Source: an uncultured Thermotogae bacterium (GTDB lineage: Bacteria; Bipolaricaulota; Bipolaricaulia; UBA7950; UBA9294). Taken from it: a DNA stretch of 64,000 nucleotides. Numbering within the stretch: position 1 is the first letter of the stretch; each line of letters starts with the position of its first letter. The stretch covers positions 1,317 through 65,316 of the forward strand of contig CAZSNG010000006.1 of assembly GCA_964608345.1 (NCBI GenBank). The letters run 5' to 3'. Both the position numbers and the translations under genes were made by a program. The notes below the pieces were generated by a model. It saw nothing but the letters and a program-made list of their open reading frames with translations. It was not told the origin of the DNA and made no database searches. Shown here piece by piece: positions 19,028 through 28,093 of the stretch.

Positions 19028-20031
19028 TCCGATTCCTCCCGTTGTACGTCCTCGGGCTGCGGCAGGTAGTCGTTCGTGAACGCGGCGAGCGGGTCGATCG
19101 CCCGTTCGATCAGCCGATTGTCGAGCGCCCACTGCGAGAAGCGGGTCCAGACGATCTCCTCCTGCATGCCCCAGCGGTCGACGTCCTCCATCGTCTGCTC
19201 GGCGATCCATGCTTGAGACGTACGGACGAGTTCGGCATCGAGTTCCGGGGCGTGTCCGAGAAGGATCTCCGCCGCCTCGGCCGGGTGCAGCGTCGCATGA
19301 ACGTATCCGCGCGCCAGGGCCCGCAGGAACCGGCGCACGACGTCCGGGCGATCCGCGATCATCCGTTCCCGCGTGACGATCACAGGCGTGTAGTAGTCGA
19401 GGACGTCGGCGAGGTCGGGCAGCGGGAAGAAGTCGAACGCGATCCCCTCCAGTTCGGCGTGGATCCCCTGCCAGCCGTAGAACACCCAGTAGAAGTCGGC
19501 CAGGTCGCGGCGGACGGCCGTCGTGAAGTCGAGCATCCCCATATTGATCATCTCGACGGTGTCGAAGTCCGCGCCGACCGCCTCCATGACCGTGCGGATC
19601 ATCACGGACTCCAGGTCGCTACCCCAGCCGGCGTAGCGCAGGTTCTCGAAGTCGAGCGGTCCGGCGATGCCCCGATCGCTCGGGGCGGCGAAGCCGGACG
19701 TGTTGTGCTGGAACAGCGTCGCGATCGACACGACCGGAACGTCCTGCGCGCGGGCCATGGTCACGTACTCCTGCATCGATACGCCGAACTCCGATTGGCC
19801 GCTCGCGACGAGCGGGATCGACGCCGTCTCGGTCGGCTCGAGGACCTCGATGACGAGGCCCTCCTCGGCGAAGAAGCCAAGCGCCTCGGCGACGAAGATG
19901 CCGGTGTGGTTCGTGTTCGGCGTCCAGTCAAGAGCGATCCGCACCGGTTCCGGATCGCTCGCCACCGCGGCCGAGGCGATCGCGAGGCAAAGGACGAGCA
20001 GAACCGACCATCGAGCGAGCCGTCTATCCAT
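19024..20031 (-). CDS. NMT1/THI5-like ABC substrate-binding protein (ThiY-like)
   Basis: Signal peptide, LDWTPNTNHTG, DYYTPVIV, FTNDYL; lies in a TPP-riboswitch operon. Confidence 0.92.
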   Translation of the reverse strand: MDRRLARWSVLLVLCLAIASAAVASDPEPVRIALDWTPNTNHTGIFVAEALGFFAEEGLVIEVLEPTETASIPLVASGQSEFGVSMQEYVTMARAQDVPVVSIATLFQHNTSGFAAPSDRGIAGPLDFENLRYAGWGSDLESVMIRTVMEAVGADFDTVEMINMGMLDFTTAVRRDLADFYWVFYGWQGIHAELEGIAFDFFPLPDLADVLDYYTPVIVTRERMIADRPDVVRRFLRALARGYVHATLHPAEAAEILLGHAPELDAELVRTSQAWIAEQTMEDVDRWGMQEEIVWTRFSQWALDNRLIERAIDPLAAFTNDYLPQPEDVQREESE

Positions 20032-20818
20032 GAGTCCTCCTTCGTAGCCACGGAGTCAGGACGAATCCGATTCCGTCGACCGTCTTGAACAGCGCGAAGC
20101 TGAGCAGCATCACGAGGACGATGGCTCCAAACAGCCGATCGGTTCGAAACGACTGCTGGGCCCTCGTCATGTACACACCGAGACCGAGCGATCCGCCGAG
20201 CCACTCGCCGACGATCGCACCGAGAACCGAGTACGTCGCGGCAATCTTCGCGCCGGCGAGGATCCCAGGTAGCGATGCCGGAACGTACAGATGCCTGTAC
20301 CGATCGATCCACGATGCGTCGAGGGTGTCGAGCAGCTCCGCGTAGGCCGGATCGACGGCGCGGAACCCCTCGTACGTGTTGACCGTCAGCGGGAAGAAGC
20401 AGACGAACGCGACGACCAGGATCTTGGAGAGCGAGCCAAGTCCGAACCAGATCAGGATCATCGGGGCGATCGCGATCAACGGAACCGCCTGCGACAGCAC
20501 CAGGTGGGGGTAGATCAGATCGCGGACGACCGAGGACCGATGCATCGCCAGGGCGACCGCGATGCCGAGGCCGAGGGCGATCCCCAGGCCGGCGAGGGTC
20601 TCGACGATCGTGGCGGTCGCGTGATGCCCGAGCAGCGCAGCGTCGCTCGCGATCGCACGGAGCGTCGCCGCCGGAGACGGGAGCATGTAGCCGGGAACGC
20701 GGAAGACCCACACGACTCCCTGCCAGAGGGCGATGAATAGGACCAGGCTCAACGCCCACCGGACCGAGGGACGCCGCCAAACCGATCTCGGGGAAAGCGG
20801 TTCGGCGCGTCCGTTCAT
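20024..20818 (-). CDS. ABC permease (ThiX-like)
   Basis: YMLPSP, SQAVPLIAIAP, WFGLG, GAIVGEWLGGSLGLG; ATG 20818 overlaps the thiN stop. Confidence 0.92.
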   Translation of the reverse strand: MNGRAEPLSPRSVWRRPSVRWALSLVLFIALWQGVVWVFRVPGYMLPSPAATLRAIASDAALLGHHATATIVETLAGLGIALGLGIAVALAMHRSSVVRDLIYPHLVLSQAVPLIAIAPMILIWFGLGSLSKILVVAFVCFFPLTVNTYEGFRAVDPAYAELLDTLDASWIDRYRHLYVPASLPGILAGAKIAATYSVLGAIVGEWLGGSLGLGVYMTRAQQSFRTDRLFGAIVLVMLLSFALFKTVDGIGFVLTPWLRRRTHG

Positions 20819-21474
20819 CGCGGGGCCTCCTCTGGCGGTCCGTGAACGACGAGGAGTGTGCCCGAGCGAACCGCGATGCGGACCGGCATCTCCTCGATGA
20901 CGTTCGAGATCCCGTGGGCGCTCGCCCGGACGAGAGGCTCGTCGTCGAGGCGATATCGAAGGCCGTCCGTTCGAACGACGGTGCCGCGTGACAGCGGGAT
21001 CAGCGAGACCCGGTCGGCCGGCCGCCCGACCGGGAGCGAGAACTCCCCTCGGATCAGCCAGGCTGTTTCGTCGCCGGCGATCAGCTCGACCGACGCACCG
21101 CAATCGAGTGCCTTCTCGAGCATCAGGACGTTTGCCAGCGTGTGGTCGATCCGCCCCCCGAACGCCCCGAAGACGATCAGCTCCCGAGCTTGCCGACTGA
21201 GCGCGCCGTCGACTGCGAGCTCGAGATCGGTGAAGTCCTTTTCTGGCTCGTGAATCTCCGCTTCGGCGCCCGATGCGAGCAACGTCGCGCGGTCGGAGGG
21301 TGCGAGCGAGTCGAGGTCGCCGACGACGCGGTCGACACGGATACCTGCGGCGACCGCCTTCGCCCAGGCACCGTCGGTCGCCACGATCCGATCGGCGCGG
21401 TTGGCGAGGCGAGGCAGGCGCGCGGTGTCCCCCCACGTGCCGTTGGCAAGGATCAGGATGGTGTCAACAGGCAT
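20815..21474 (-). CDS. thiN: Thiamine pyrophosphokinase
   Basis: ATDGA, VGDLDS, EKDFTDLELA, GAFGGRIDHTLAN, GLRYRL, GISN. Confidence 0.93.
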   Translation of the reverse strand: MPVDTILILANGTWGDTARLPRLANRADRIVATDGAWAKAVAAGIRVDRVVGDLDSLAPSDRATLLASGAEAEIHEPEKDFTDLELAVDGALSRQARELIVFGAFGGRIDHTLANVLMLEKALDCGASVELIAGDETAWLIRGEFSLPVGRPADRVSLIPLSRGTVVRTDGLRYRLDDEPLVRASAHGISNVIEEMPVRIAVRSGTLLVVHGPPEEAPR

Positions 21475-21571
21475 TCCTGCATCGCTCCTTGAACGGAGGA
21501 GGCAGGGTCGGACGGCGGACTCGGCGAAGCGCCGATCGGCTCAATCGATGGACGTGCTGTCGTTCGTTCAT

Positions 21572-21659
21572 GGTTCCCTACGCTGGCATTACCCAGTTCA
21601 GGTTCTGCGGGTCGAGGGTGCCTCCTCCTCTCAGCCCAAGCTATTGGGCTCCCCGAACG
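21572..21659 (-). promoter_or_regulatory. TPP (THI-box) riboswitch
   Basis: Minus strand: GTTCGGGGAGCCCAATAGCTTGGGCTGAGAGGAGG...GACCCGCAGAACCTGAACTGGGTAATGCCAGCGTAGGGAAC, with the conserved CTGAGA, ACCTGA and TAATGCCAGCGTAGG elements and P1 GTTC/GAAC; upstream of thiamine genes. Confidence 0.96.
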
Positions 21660-21664
21660 GCGCT

Positions 21665-21693
21665 ACTCTACCGAACCGACTGCGGCAAGGCAA
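21665..21693 (-). promoter_or_regulatory. Sigma70-type promoter of the thi operon
   Basis: TTGCCT-N17-TAGAGT; the predicted start site coincides with the 5' end of the aptamer. Confidence 0.7.
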
Positions 21694-21803
21694 GAGGCGC
21701 GCACGAATGGTGTGGACCGTTCGCGAAGGAGAGCGCAGCGACATCATCGCATCGACGCCCCATGTCGGTTCACGGGAGAACTCGACGCGGTCGCCAAGTA
21801 GAG

Positions 21804-21831
21804 CGCGGTAGGCACACAAGTGCCCACCGCG
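21804..21831 (-). terminator. Hairpin after the M42 peptidase gene
   Basis: Minus strand CGCGGTGGGCAC-TTGT-GTGCCTACCGCG, 12-bp stem with one G-U; weak U tract. Confidence 0.5.
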
Positions 21832-21855
21832 TATCGAGGTCAGCTTCGGGTTCTC

Positions 21856-22923
21856 CTAGGAAGGGAGGAAGCTGGTACTCTCGTCGATCCCGGCGATCGT
21901 CTCGGCGATCAGTTTCGCGCAGTTCTCGACATCGTCGAGGTGGATGATTTCGCTCGGCGAGTGCATGTACCGGCTCGGCACGGCGATCAGTCCGGTGGCG
22001 ACGCCCGCGCGGGTGACCTGCATTGCCCGTGCATCGGTGCCCGTCGGTCGCGGCCAGGCATGGCGCTGGATCGGTATGTCCTTGTTCTCGGCCGTGTCGA
22101 CGATTCGGTCGAACAGCGGCGTGTTGATGTTCGGACCTCGGGTCACGATCGGGCCGGCGCCCATCTTGATGTCGCCCGATTGCCTCTTCTCCTTGCTCAT
22201 GCCGGGCATGTCGGTGCAGTGGCCGACATCGACGGCGATGCCGACCTGCGGGTCGATCCCGAACGCACTTGTCGTCGCGCCGCGGGTGCCGATCTCCTCC
22301 TGGACGGTCGCGACCGCGTAGATCGCCGCTTTCGGGTTCATCTCCGCCGCAAGGCGGGCCGCCTCGAGAACGACGAACGCGCCGATCCGGTCGTCAAACC
22401 CGCGCGCTACGGCCAAGCCGTTTCGCAGCTCGGCGAACTCGTAATCGAGGACGCCCGCATCGCCGATAGTGATGATCGTCTCGGCCTCCTCGCGATCCTT
22501 GGCGCCGATGTCGATCCAGAGATTCTCCATCTTGACGACCTTCTTGCGGTCCTCGGGGGTCATCAGGTGGATCGGCTTCCGTCCGATGACGCCGAGGACG
22601 ATCCCCTTCTTCGTCTGGATCCGAACCCGCTGACCGGGGAGGACCTGCACGTCCCAACCGCCGAGGCCGATGAAGAAGAGGTACCCCTCCTTGTCGATGT
22701 GGGTCACCATCAAGCCGATCTCGTCGGCATGGCCGGCGAGCATGATTCGCGGCGAGCCCGCTTCGTTGACGACGGCGAACGCGTTGCCGTGCTGGTCAAC
22801 CCACGTCCGATCGGCGAATGCGTTGGCCTCTTCGCGCCATACGCGCGCCGCGTCCTCTTCGAAACCGGTGGGGCAGATCGTCTGCATGTAGCGCTTCAGG
22901 AAATCGAGACGCGCCTTCTCCAT
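21856..22923 (-). CDS. M42 family aminopeptidase (TET-like)
   Basis: LAGHADEIG, GFDDRIG, VQEEIG, AVDVGH, GTDA, RYMHSP. Confidence 0.95.
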   Translation of the reverse strand: MEKARLDFLKRYMQTICPTGFEEDAARVWREEANAFADRTWVDQHGNAFAVVNEAGSPRIMLAGHADEIGLMVTHIDKEGYLFFIGLGGWDVQVLPGQRVRIQTKKGIVLGVIGRKPIHLMTPEDRKKVVKMENLWIDIGAKDREEAETIITIGDAGVLDYEFAELRNGLAVARGFDDRIGAFVVLEAARLAAEMNPKAAIYAVATVQEEIGTRGATTSAFGIDPQVGIAVDVGHCTDMPGMSKEKRQSGDIKMGAGPIVTRGPNINTPLFDRIVDTAENKDIPIQRHAWPRPTGTDARAMQVTRAGVATGLIAVPSRYMHSPSEIIHLDDVENCAKLIAETIAGIDESTSFLPS

Positions 22924-23014
22924 CAGTAGTCCTCCTCTTGCTGATCGGACCCTCAGTGTACACGGCCGTCAACGCCGGGTCCATCGATGGCTACGGGATT
23001 CTCGTCATCTCCCA

Positions 23015-23043
23015 TTGACTGCGTGGCGGGACGCTCCTAGACT
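23015..23043 (+). promoter_or_regulatory. Sigma70-type promoter for the peptidase pair
   Basis: TTGACT-N17-TAGACT about 60 nt upstream of ATG 23105. Confidence 0.7.
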
Positions 23044-23104
23044 AGCCGCTGCTTCGAGTCGCCATCGGACCGGAGACTGTGGAGGGCGTTCGAGGAGGTC
23101 GGAG

Positions 23105-24148
23105 ATGTCGCTGTACGAGTACGAACTGGGCCGCGCGGCCGACGTGTTGACCCGCGACCTGCTGAAGCTGAAGCCGGGGGAGACGTTCGTGATCACCGCC
23201 GACACGGAGTCGGACCAGCGGGTCGTCGACGCGACGGCGCGCGCGGCCTTCGCCCTCGGCGCGAAGCCGATGGTGATCTGGCTCGCCTCACCGCTCGGGG
23301 TCGGGCGAGTCGCGGACCCGATGCTCCCCATCGACGCGCTGATCGGGGCGCTACGTGGCGCCGACGCGTGGGTCGAGTTCAACAATCAGTGGCTGCTCTA
23401 TTCGACCCCGCACGACGTGGCGATGCGGGAGAACGATCGGCTGCGGTATCTCTGTCTGGTCGGGATGAACCCCGACATGATGGTTCGCTGCATCGGGCGG
23501 ATCGATCACGTCGCTCTTAAGGCGTTTCTCGAGAAGACCGTCGATATCGTGCGTGCCGCCGACCGAATCCGCGTCACTTCGCCGGGCGGCACCGATCTCG
23601 AGTTCCACAGCATCCCCGGCCGCGGCGCGCTGATTCGCGACGGGTACGCCGATCGACCGGGGACGTACATGATGGGCGGCTTCATCGCGTGGGCCCCCGA
23701 CCTCGAGTCGATCGACGGGACTCTCGTGTTCGACGGCTCGATCTCACCGCCGTGCGGAAGGCTGGAGGAGCCGATCCGGACGACGATCGAGGCCGGGGGC
23801 ATCGTCGACATCGGCGGAGGGGCCCAGGCGCGTCAGCTAGCCGCCTATCTCGATGCATTCGATCATCCGCAGATGCGGCGGATCGCCCATTCGTCGTTCG
23901 GCTTCCATCCCAACGCTCGGCTCTCGGGCGATATCGTCGAGGACGAGCGGGTGTGGGGCTGTACCGAGTGGGGCATCGGCCACGTCGGGGCGACGCTCAT
24001 CCCGCCAGAAGGCATCCCGGCGCCGTCGCATTCCGACGGCCAATCGCTCGACTGCTCGGTGTGGCTTGACGAGCGGCCGATGCTGGAGACCGGCCGCGTC
24101 GTCCATCCCGAGCTCATCGAGTTGGCCCGAGCGCTCGGAAAGGCGTAG
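23105..24148 (+). CDS. M29/leucyl-aminopeptidase-like (aminopeptidase T / NicX-like fold) metalloprotein
   Basis: LKLKPGETFVITAD, TSPGGTDL, GTLVFDGS, FGFHPNA, IVEDER, GIG, SHSD; GGAGG RBS. Confidence 0.75.
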   Translation: MSLYEYELGRAADVLTRDLLKLKPGETFVITADTESDQRVVDATARAAFALGAKPMVIWLASPLGVGRVADPMLPIDALIGALRGADAWVEFNNQWLLYSTPHDVAMRENDRLRYLCLVGMNPDMMVRCIGRIDHVALKAFLEKTVDIVRAADRIRVTSPGGTDLEFHSIPGRGALIRDGYADRPGTYMMGGFIAWAPDLESIDGTLVFDGSISPPCGRLEEPIRTTIEAGGIVDIGGGAQARQLAAYLDAFDHPQMRRIAHSSFGFHPNARLSGDIVEDERVWGCTEWGIGHVGATLIPPEGIPAPSHSDGQSLDCSVWLDERPMLETGRVVHPELIELARALGKA

Positions 24149-24171
24149 CTGGGGACCGAGGAGGCCGTTTC

Positions 24172-25245
24172 ATGGACCGACTGGTTGCGTCATTCGTCGA
24201 GATGGTGCGGATCGACAGCGAGTCGGGGAACGAGGCGCGGTTCCTCACCTACCTCGGCGAGCGGATGGAGCGCGAGCTGGACGCGGCGTGCACGACCGAC
24301 GACTACGGAAACCTCATCGCGCGCATTCCCGGCAGGAATACGGCGGCGACGCGACCGATTCTGTTCGGGACCCACGGCGACACTGTGAAGCCCGGTGTGG
24401 GGATCGAACCGGTGATCGAGGACGGCGTCATCCGATCGAGCGGCGACACGATCCTCGGCGCCGACGACAAGGCGGGGATCGCCGAGCTGATCGAGGCCGT
24501 CCTGACCGCGGAGTCCCATCCTCCGCTGGAACTGGTGGTCACGCGGGAGGAGGAGCTCGGCGCGCGCGGGGCGCGCCATCTCGACGTCGCATCGCTCGAG
24601 AGCCGGGTCGGCTTCGTCATCGATATGGATGCGCTCGACGCGGTCGTCATCGGCGGGCCATCGAAGATGTCGATCGACGTCGAGATCACCGGGCGTGCCG
24701 CCCACGCGGCGATGGAGCCGGAGAGGGGGATCTCGGCGGTGCGGGTTGCGGCGGCGGCGATCGTCTCGATCGAGGAGGGCCGGGTCGAGGCGGGGACTAC
24801 CGTCAACGTCGGCACCGTCCGCGGTGGCGAGATCCGAAACGGCGTGCCCGAGAAGGCGTTCGTCGAACTCGAGTGCCGAAGCCTGTCGCACCAAACCTGC
24901 GTGGCCCGTGAGCAGACGATTCGAGAGGCGTTCGAGCAGGCGGCGGTTGCCGCCGGAGCAACCTTGTCGATCTCGACCGAGCTCTCCTATCGCGCGTCGC
25001 GCGTGCCGGACGGCTCGGCGGCGATTGCCGCCGCCGTCGCCGCAATCGAGTCCGTCGGCCTGACGTCCGACGTGCGAACGATCGTCGGCGGAACCGACGC
25101 GTCGATCCTCAATACTCATGGGGTCGAGACCGTGGTCCTCGGGGTCGGGATGTTGGAGGAGCACTCGACCCGCGAGGAGATCAACATCGAGTCGATGCAG
25201 ATCGCCGTTCGGATCCTCCGCCACATCCTGGAACGACACGTGTAG
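24172..25245 (+). CDS. M20 peptidase T-like (YqjE-type) tripeptidase
   Basis: THGDTV, GADDKAGI, REEE, AAHAA, TTVNVG, GGTDA, EHSTRE. Confidence 0.9.
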   Translation: MDRLVASFVEMVRIDSESGNEARFLTYLGERMERELDAACTTDDYGNLIARIPGRNTAATRPILFGTHGDTVKPGVGIEPVIEDGVIRSSGDTILGADDKAGIAELIEAVLTAESHPPLELVVTREEELGARGARHLDVASLESRVGFVIDMDALDAVVIGGPSKMSIDVEITGRAAHAAMEPERGISAVRVAAAAIVSIEEGRVEAGTTVNVGTVRGGEIRNGVPEKAFVELECRSLSHQTCVAREQTIREAFEQAAVAAGATLSISTELSYRASRVPDGSAAIAAAVAAIESVGLTSDVRTIVGGTDASILNTHGVETVVLGVGMLEEHSTREEINIESMQIAVRILRHILERHV

Positions 25246-25426
25246 GTGGCCTGGACAGCCCCGATCGTCCGTTCGAACGGCTTTCGATATATACGAAGTC
25301 GTGAAGATCCCTTCCCAAAGGCAGTTTGCCTCTCCATATCGGGTGTCTCGGGAAAGCCGTGAGCTCGCAAAGTTCCTCCCTGTATGATCTTTGCAGTGTC
25401 TCGCCCGGCGACGGTACGGCATTCGC

Positions 25427-25454
25427 TTGACATCGCAATTCTTGTCGATATAGT
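25427..25454 (+). promoter_or_regulatory. Sigma70-type promoter of the XRE/hydantoinase operon, with overlapping GATAT-N6-ATATC inverted repeat
   Basis: TTGACA-N16-TATAGT, 9 nt before the ATG, no SD. Confidence 0.75.
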
Positions 25455-25463
25455 GAAATATCA

Positions 25464-26018
25464 ATGGATAATGAAACGGTTGGCGGGACGATCCGGAAGC
25501 TTCGCCAGGAGCGGGCATGGACCCTGGAAGAGCTCTCATCTCGGTGCGGCCTCTCCGTCGGCTTCCTTTCCCAGGTCGAGCGGGGACTCTCCTCGTTGTC
25601 GGTGGCATCACTGAAGACAGTCACCGATGCGCTGGACGTGCCTCTTGCACAGTTCTTCTCGCTGCCGGACACCGACCGGCCTGCGATCACCAAGGCCGGC
25701 GAGCCGCACTATGTGATGCGGATCGGCAGCTCGGAGATCACGTACTCGATGCTGTCGGGAGCCCGACCGAACCGAACGATGGAGGCGTTCATCGCGGAAT
25801 ACCCGCCCGACTACGTTCCGCCGGTTCTGCCGCACGAGGGCGAGGAGTTCGCCTACGTCCTCTCCGGCAAGATCCTGTTGGTCTTCGAAGACGAGGAACA
25901 TGTTCTCGAACCGGGTGACTCGTTCCAGATCGACTCCAACCGACCGCACACCGTGCGCAACCTGGAGGCCGAGCCTGCGCGCATTCTCTGGGTGCAGACA
26001 CTAATGATTCTTCGCTGA
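25464..26018 (+). CDS. XRE-family HTH plus cupin transcriptional regulator (PuuR/SutR-like)
   Basis: IRKLRQERAWTLEELS...SVGFLSQVERG; cupin HEGEEFAYVLSG...PHTVRN. Confidence 0.95.
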   Translation: MDNETVGGTIRKLRQERAWTLEELSSRCGLSVGFLSQVERGLSSLSVASLKTVTDALDVPLAQFFSLPDTDRPAITKAGEPHYVMRIGSSEITYSMLSGARPNRTMEAFIAEYPPDYVPPVLPHEGEEFAYVLSGKILLVFEDEEHVLEPGDSFQIDSNRPHTVRNLEAEPARILWVQTLMILR

Positions 26019-26035
26019 TTGAGGAGGAGCAACGC

Positions 26036-28093
26036 ATGCCGAAGCGTCTGGCGATCGACATTGGGGGGACGTTCACCGATCTCGTGGCTCTCGATGAGAC
26101 CACGGGAGAGATCACACTAGAGAAGGTACTCACCACGCCGGGCAACTACGCCGACGGCGTAACACACACCATCCGCAAGAGCCAACTCGATCCCAAGACG
26201 GTAGCGCAGTTCGTTCATGGAACCACAGTGGTGATCAACGCGCTCACCGAGCGCCACGGAGCAAAGGTTGCTCTGATCACGACCCGCGGATTCCGTGATG
26301 TTCTCGAGATTCAGCGTGGCAATCGAACCGATATGTACAACCTGCTCTACGAGAAGCCGAAGCCGTTCGTCCCGCGCCGCCATCGGTTTGAGGTCAGCGA
26401 GCGCGTGTCCTTCCGCGGTGACGTCCTGATCCCGCTCTCCGAGGACGAGGTGACCGAGATTGCCGGGGAGTGCCGTCGAGAAGAGATCGAGGCGATCGCT
26501 GTCTGCTACATCCATGCCTACGCGAACCATGCGCACGAGATTCGGACTCGCAAGATCATTGAGCGGATCTGTCCCGACGTGGCTGTGACGTTGTCGCACG
26601 AGATCACCCAGGAGTGGCGCGAGTACGAGCGGACCAACACCACGGTGATGAACGCGTACGTCAAGCCGGCGACGACCCGATACCTCTCGACGCTCGATCA
26701 GGAGCTTTCGACAATGGGGTTGGCCGGGCCGAAGTACGCGATGCAATCGAACGGCGGGACGACGACGTTCGCCCAGGCTCAGCGAGTTCCGATCCATCTC
26801 ATCGAATCAGGACCGGTCGGGGGCGTGATCGGCGCCGGCGTGCTCTCCGAGGCGACCGGCGACACGAGCATGATCTCGTTCGACATGGGCGGGACAACCG
26901 CCAAGGTGAGCCTGATCGATCACGGGCAGATCAGGATTGACACCGACTACCACCTGGAGAAGAGCACGACGTGGGCCGGCTACCCGCTGCGGATCCCGGT
27001 CGTCGACATCGTCGAAGTCGGTGCCGGCGGCGGGTCGATCGCTTGGATCGACGCTGGCGGCGCGCTCCACGTCGGACCACGGAGTGCCGGCGCCGATCCA
27101 GGTCCCGCCTGCTATGACCTTGGCGGGATCGAGCCGACGGTGACCGACGCGAACCTAGTGACCGGACGGCTGAGCGCCGACTACTTCCTCGGAGGGCAGA
27201 TGAAGCTGAACACGGCCAAGGCGGAGGCCGCGGTCCGCAAGATCGCCGAGCAGTTCGGTCTTTCGGTCACCGATGCGGCTCTCGGGATCATCCGACTGAC
27301 CAACGCGAACATGCAGGCGGCCCTCGAGCGCGTCTCCATTGAGCGCGGCTACGATCCGCGCGATTTCACCCTCGTCGCCAACGGGGGAGCCGGCGGTCTG
27401 CACGGAGCGACCCTGGCGCGCGAGTTGAAGCTGCGGAAGGTGATCGTTCCGCAGGCGCCGGGCCAGTTCTCGGCCTGGGGGATGCTGATGACGAATCTGC
27501 GGCACGATTTCATCCGCACCCGCGTGTCGGACTGCTCCGCCGCCAACCTGGGGGAGATTCGCCGCACATTCGCGGAACTCGATCGGGAGCCAGCCGAGCA
27601 ATTCGCCGCCGAGGAGTTCCCGAAGGACCGTGTCTGGATCGAGCGTTTTCTCGATCTGCGCTATCGGGGGCAGGAGCACACCGTGCGGACACCCATCCGG
27701 GCCGACGAACTCGACGGCGGTCAACTCGATTCGGTCATCGCCCGCTTCCACGACCTGCATGAGCAGGCCTACTCGTTCCGGCAGGACGACCCAGTGGAGA
27801 TCGTCAACTTCCATGTCGTCGGGTGGGGGCGGGTCGACAGGCCCGATTTCGTGCCACGCGAGATTGAAGGAGCCAACAGGGACGCGGCCGATAAGGGAAC
27901 GCGACCGGTCGTCTTCGAGGGCGAGGGAACGGTCGAGAGCCGCGTCTTCGAGCGCGGACTCCTTCCGACCGGAGAGACGATCGACGGTCCCGCAGTGATC
28001 GAAGAGCCGGCGTGCACCACCATCGTCTGCCCGTCGCAACGGGTGGAGGTCGACGAGTTCGGCAATCTCGTTATCACGGAGGTGGCGGCATGA
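26036..28093 (+). CDS. Hydantoinase/5-oxoprolinase A subunit (ATP-binding, HyuA-like)
   Basis: IDIGGTFTD, HGTTVVINAL, EYERTNTT, ESGPVGG, DMGGTTA, GAGGGSIA, GPRSAGADPGPACY, PTVTDAN. Confidence 0.95.
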   Translation: MPKRLAIDIGGTFTDLVALDETTGEITLEKVLTTPGNYADGVTHTIRKSQLDPKTVAQFVHGTTVVINALTERHGAKVALITTRGFRDVLEIQRGNRTDMYNLLYEKPKPFVPRRHRFEVSERVSFRGDVLIPLSEDEVTEIAGECRREEIEAIAVCYIHAYANHAHEIRTRKIIERICPDVAVTLSHEITQEWREYERTNTTVMNAYVKPATTRYLSTLDQELSTMGLAGPKYAMQSNGGTTTFAQAQRVPIHLIESGPVGGVIGAGVLSEATGDTSMISFDMGGTTAKVSLIDHGQIRIDTDYHLEKSTTWAGYPLRIPVVDIVEVGAGGGSIAWIDAGGALHVGPRSAGADPGPACYDLGGIEPTVTDANLVTGRLSADYFLGGQMKLNTAKAEAAVRKIAEQFGLSVTDAALGIIRLTNANMQAALERVSIERGYDPRDFTLVANGGAGGLHGATLARELKLRKVIVPQAPGQFSAWGMLMTNLRHDFIRTRVSDCSAANLGEIRRTFAELDREPAEQFAAEEFPKDRVWIERFLDLRYRGQEHTVRTPIRADELDGGQLDSVIARFHDLHEQAYSFRQDDPVEIVNFHVVGWGRVDRPDFVPREIEGANRDAADKGTRPVVFEGEGTVESRVFERGLLPTGETIDGPAVIEEPACTTIVCPSQRVEVDEFGNLVITEVAA

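Noticed and set aside
25246-25426. Riboswitch or sRNA in the intergenic region before the XRE gene
   Set aside because: Only short stems (AGGCA/TGCCT) and a partial GGCAAAC on the minus strand; it does not complete any aptamer consensus I know.
28012-28089. N-terminal His-rich extension on the hydantoinase B subunit
   Set aside because: It lies within the A-subunit coding region; the ATGA-coupled start at 28090 with a GGAGG RBS is the better start.
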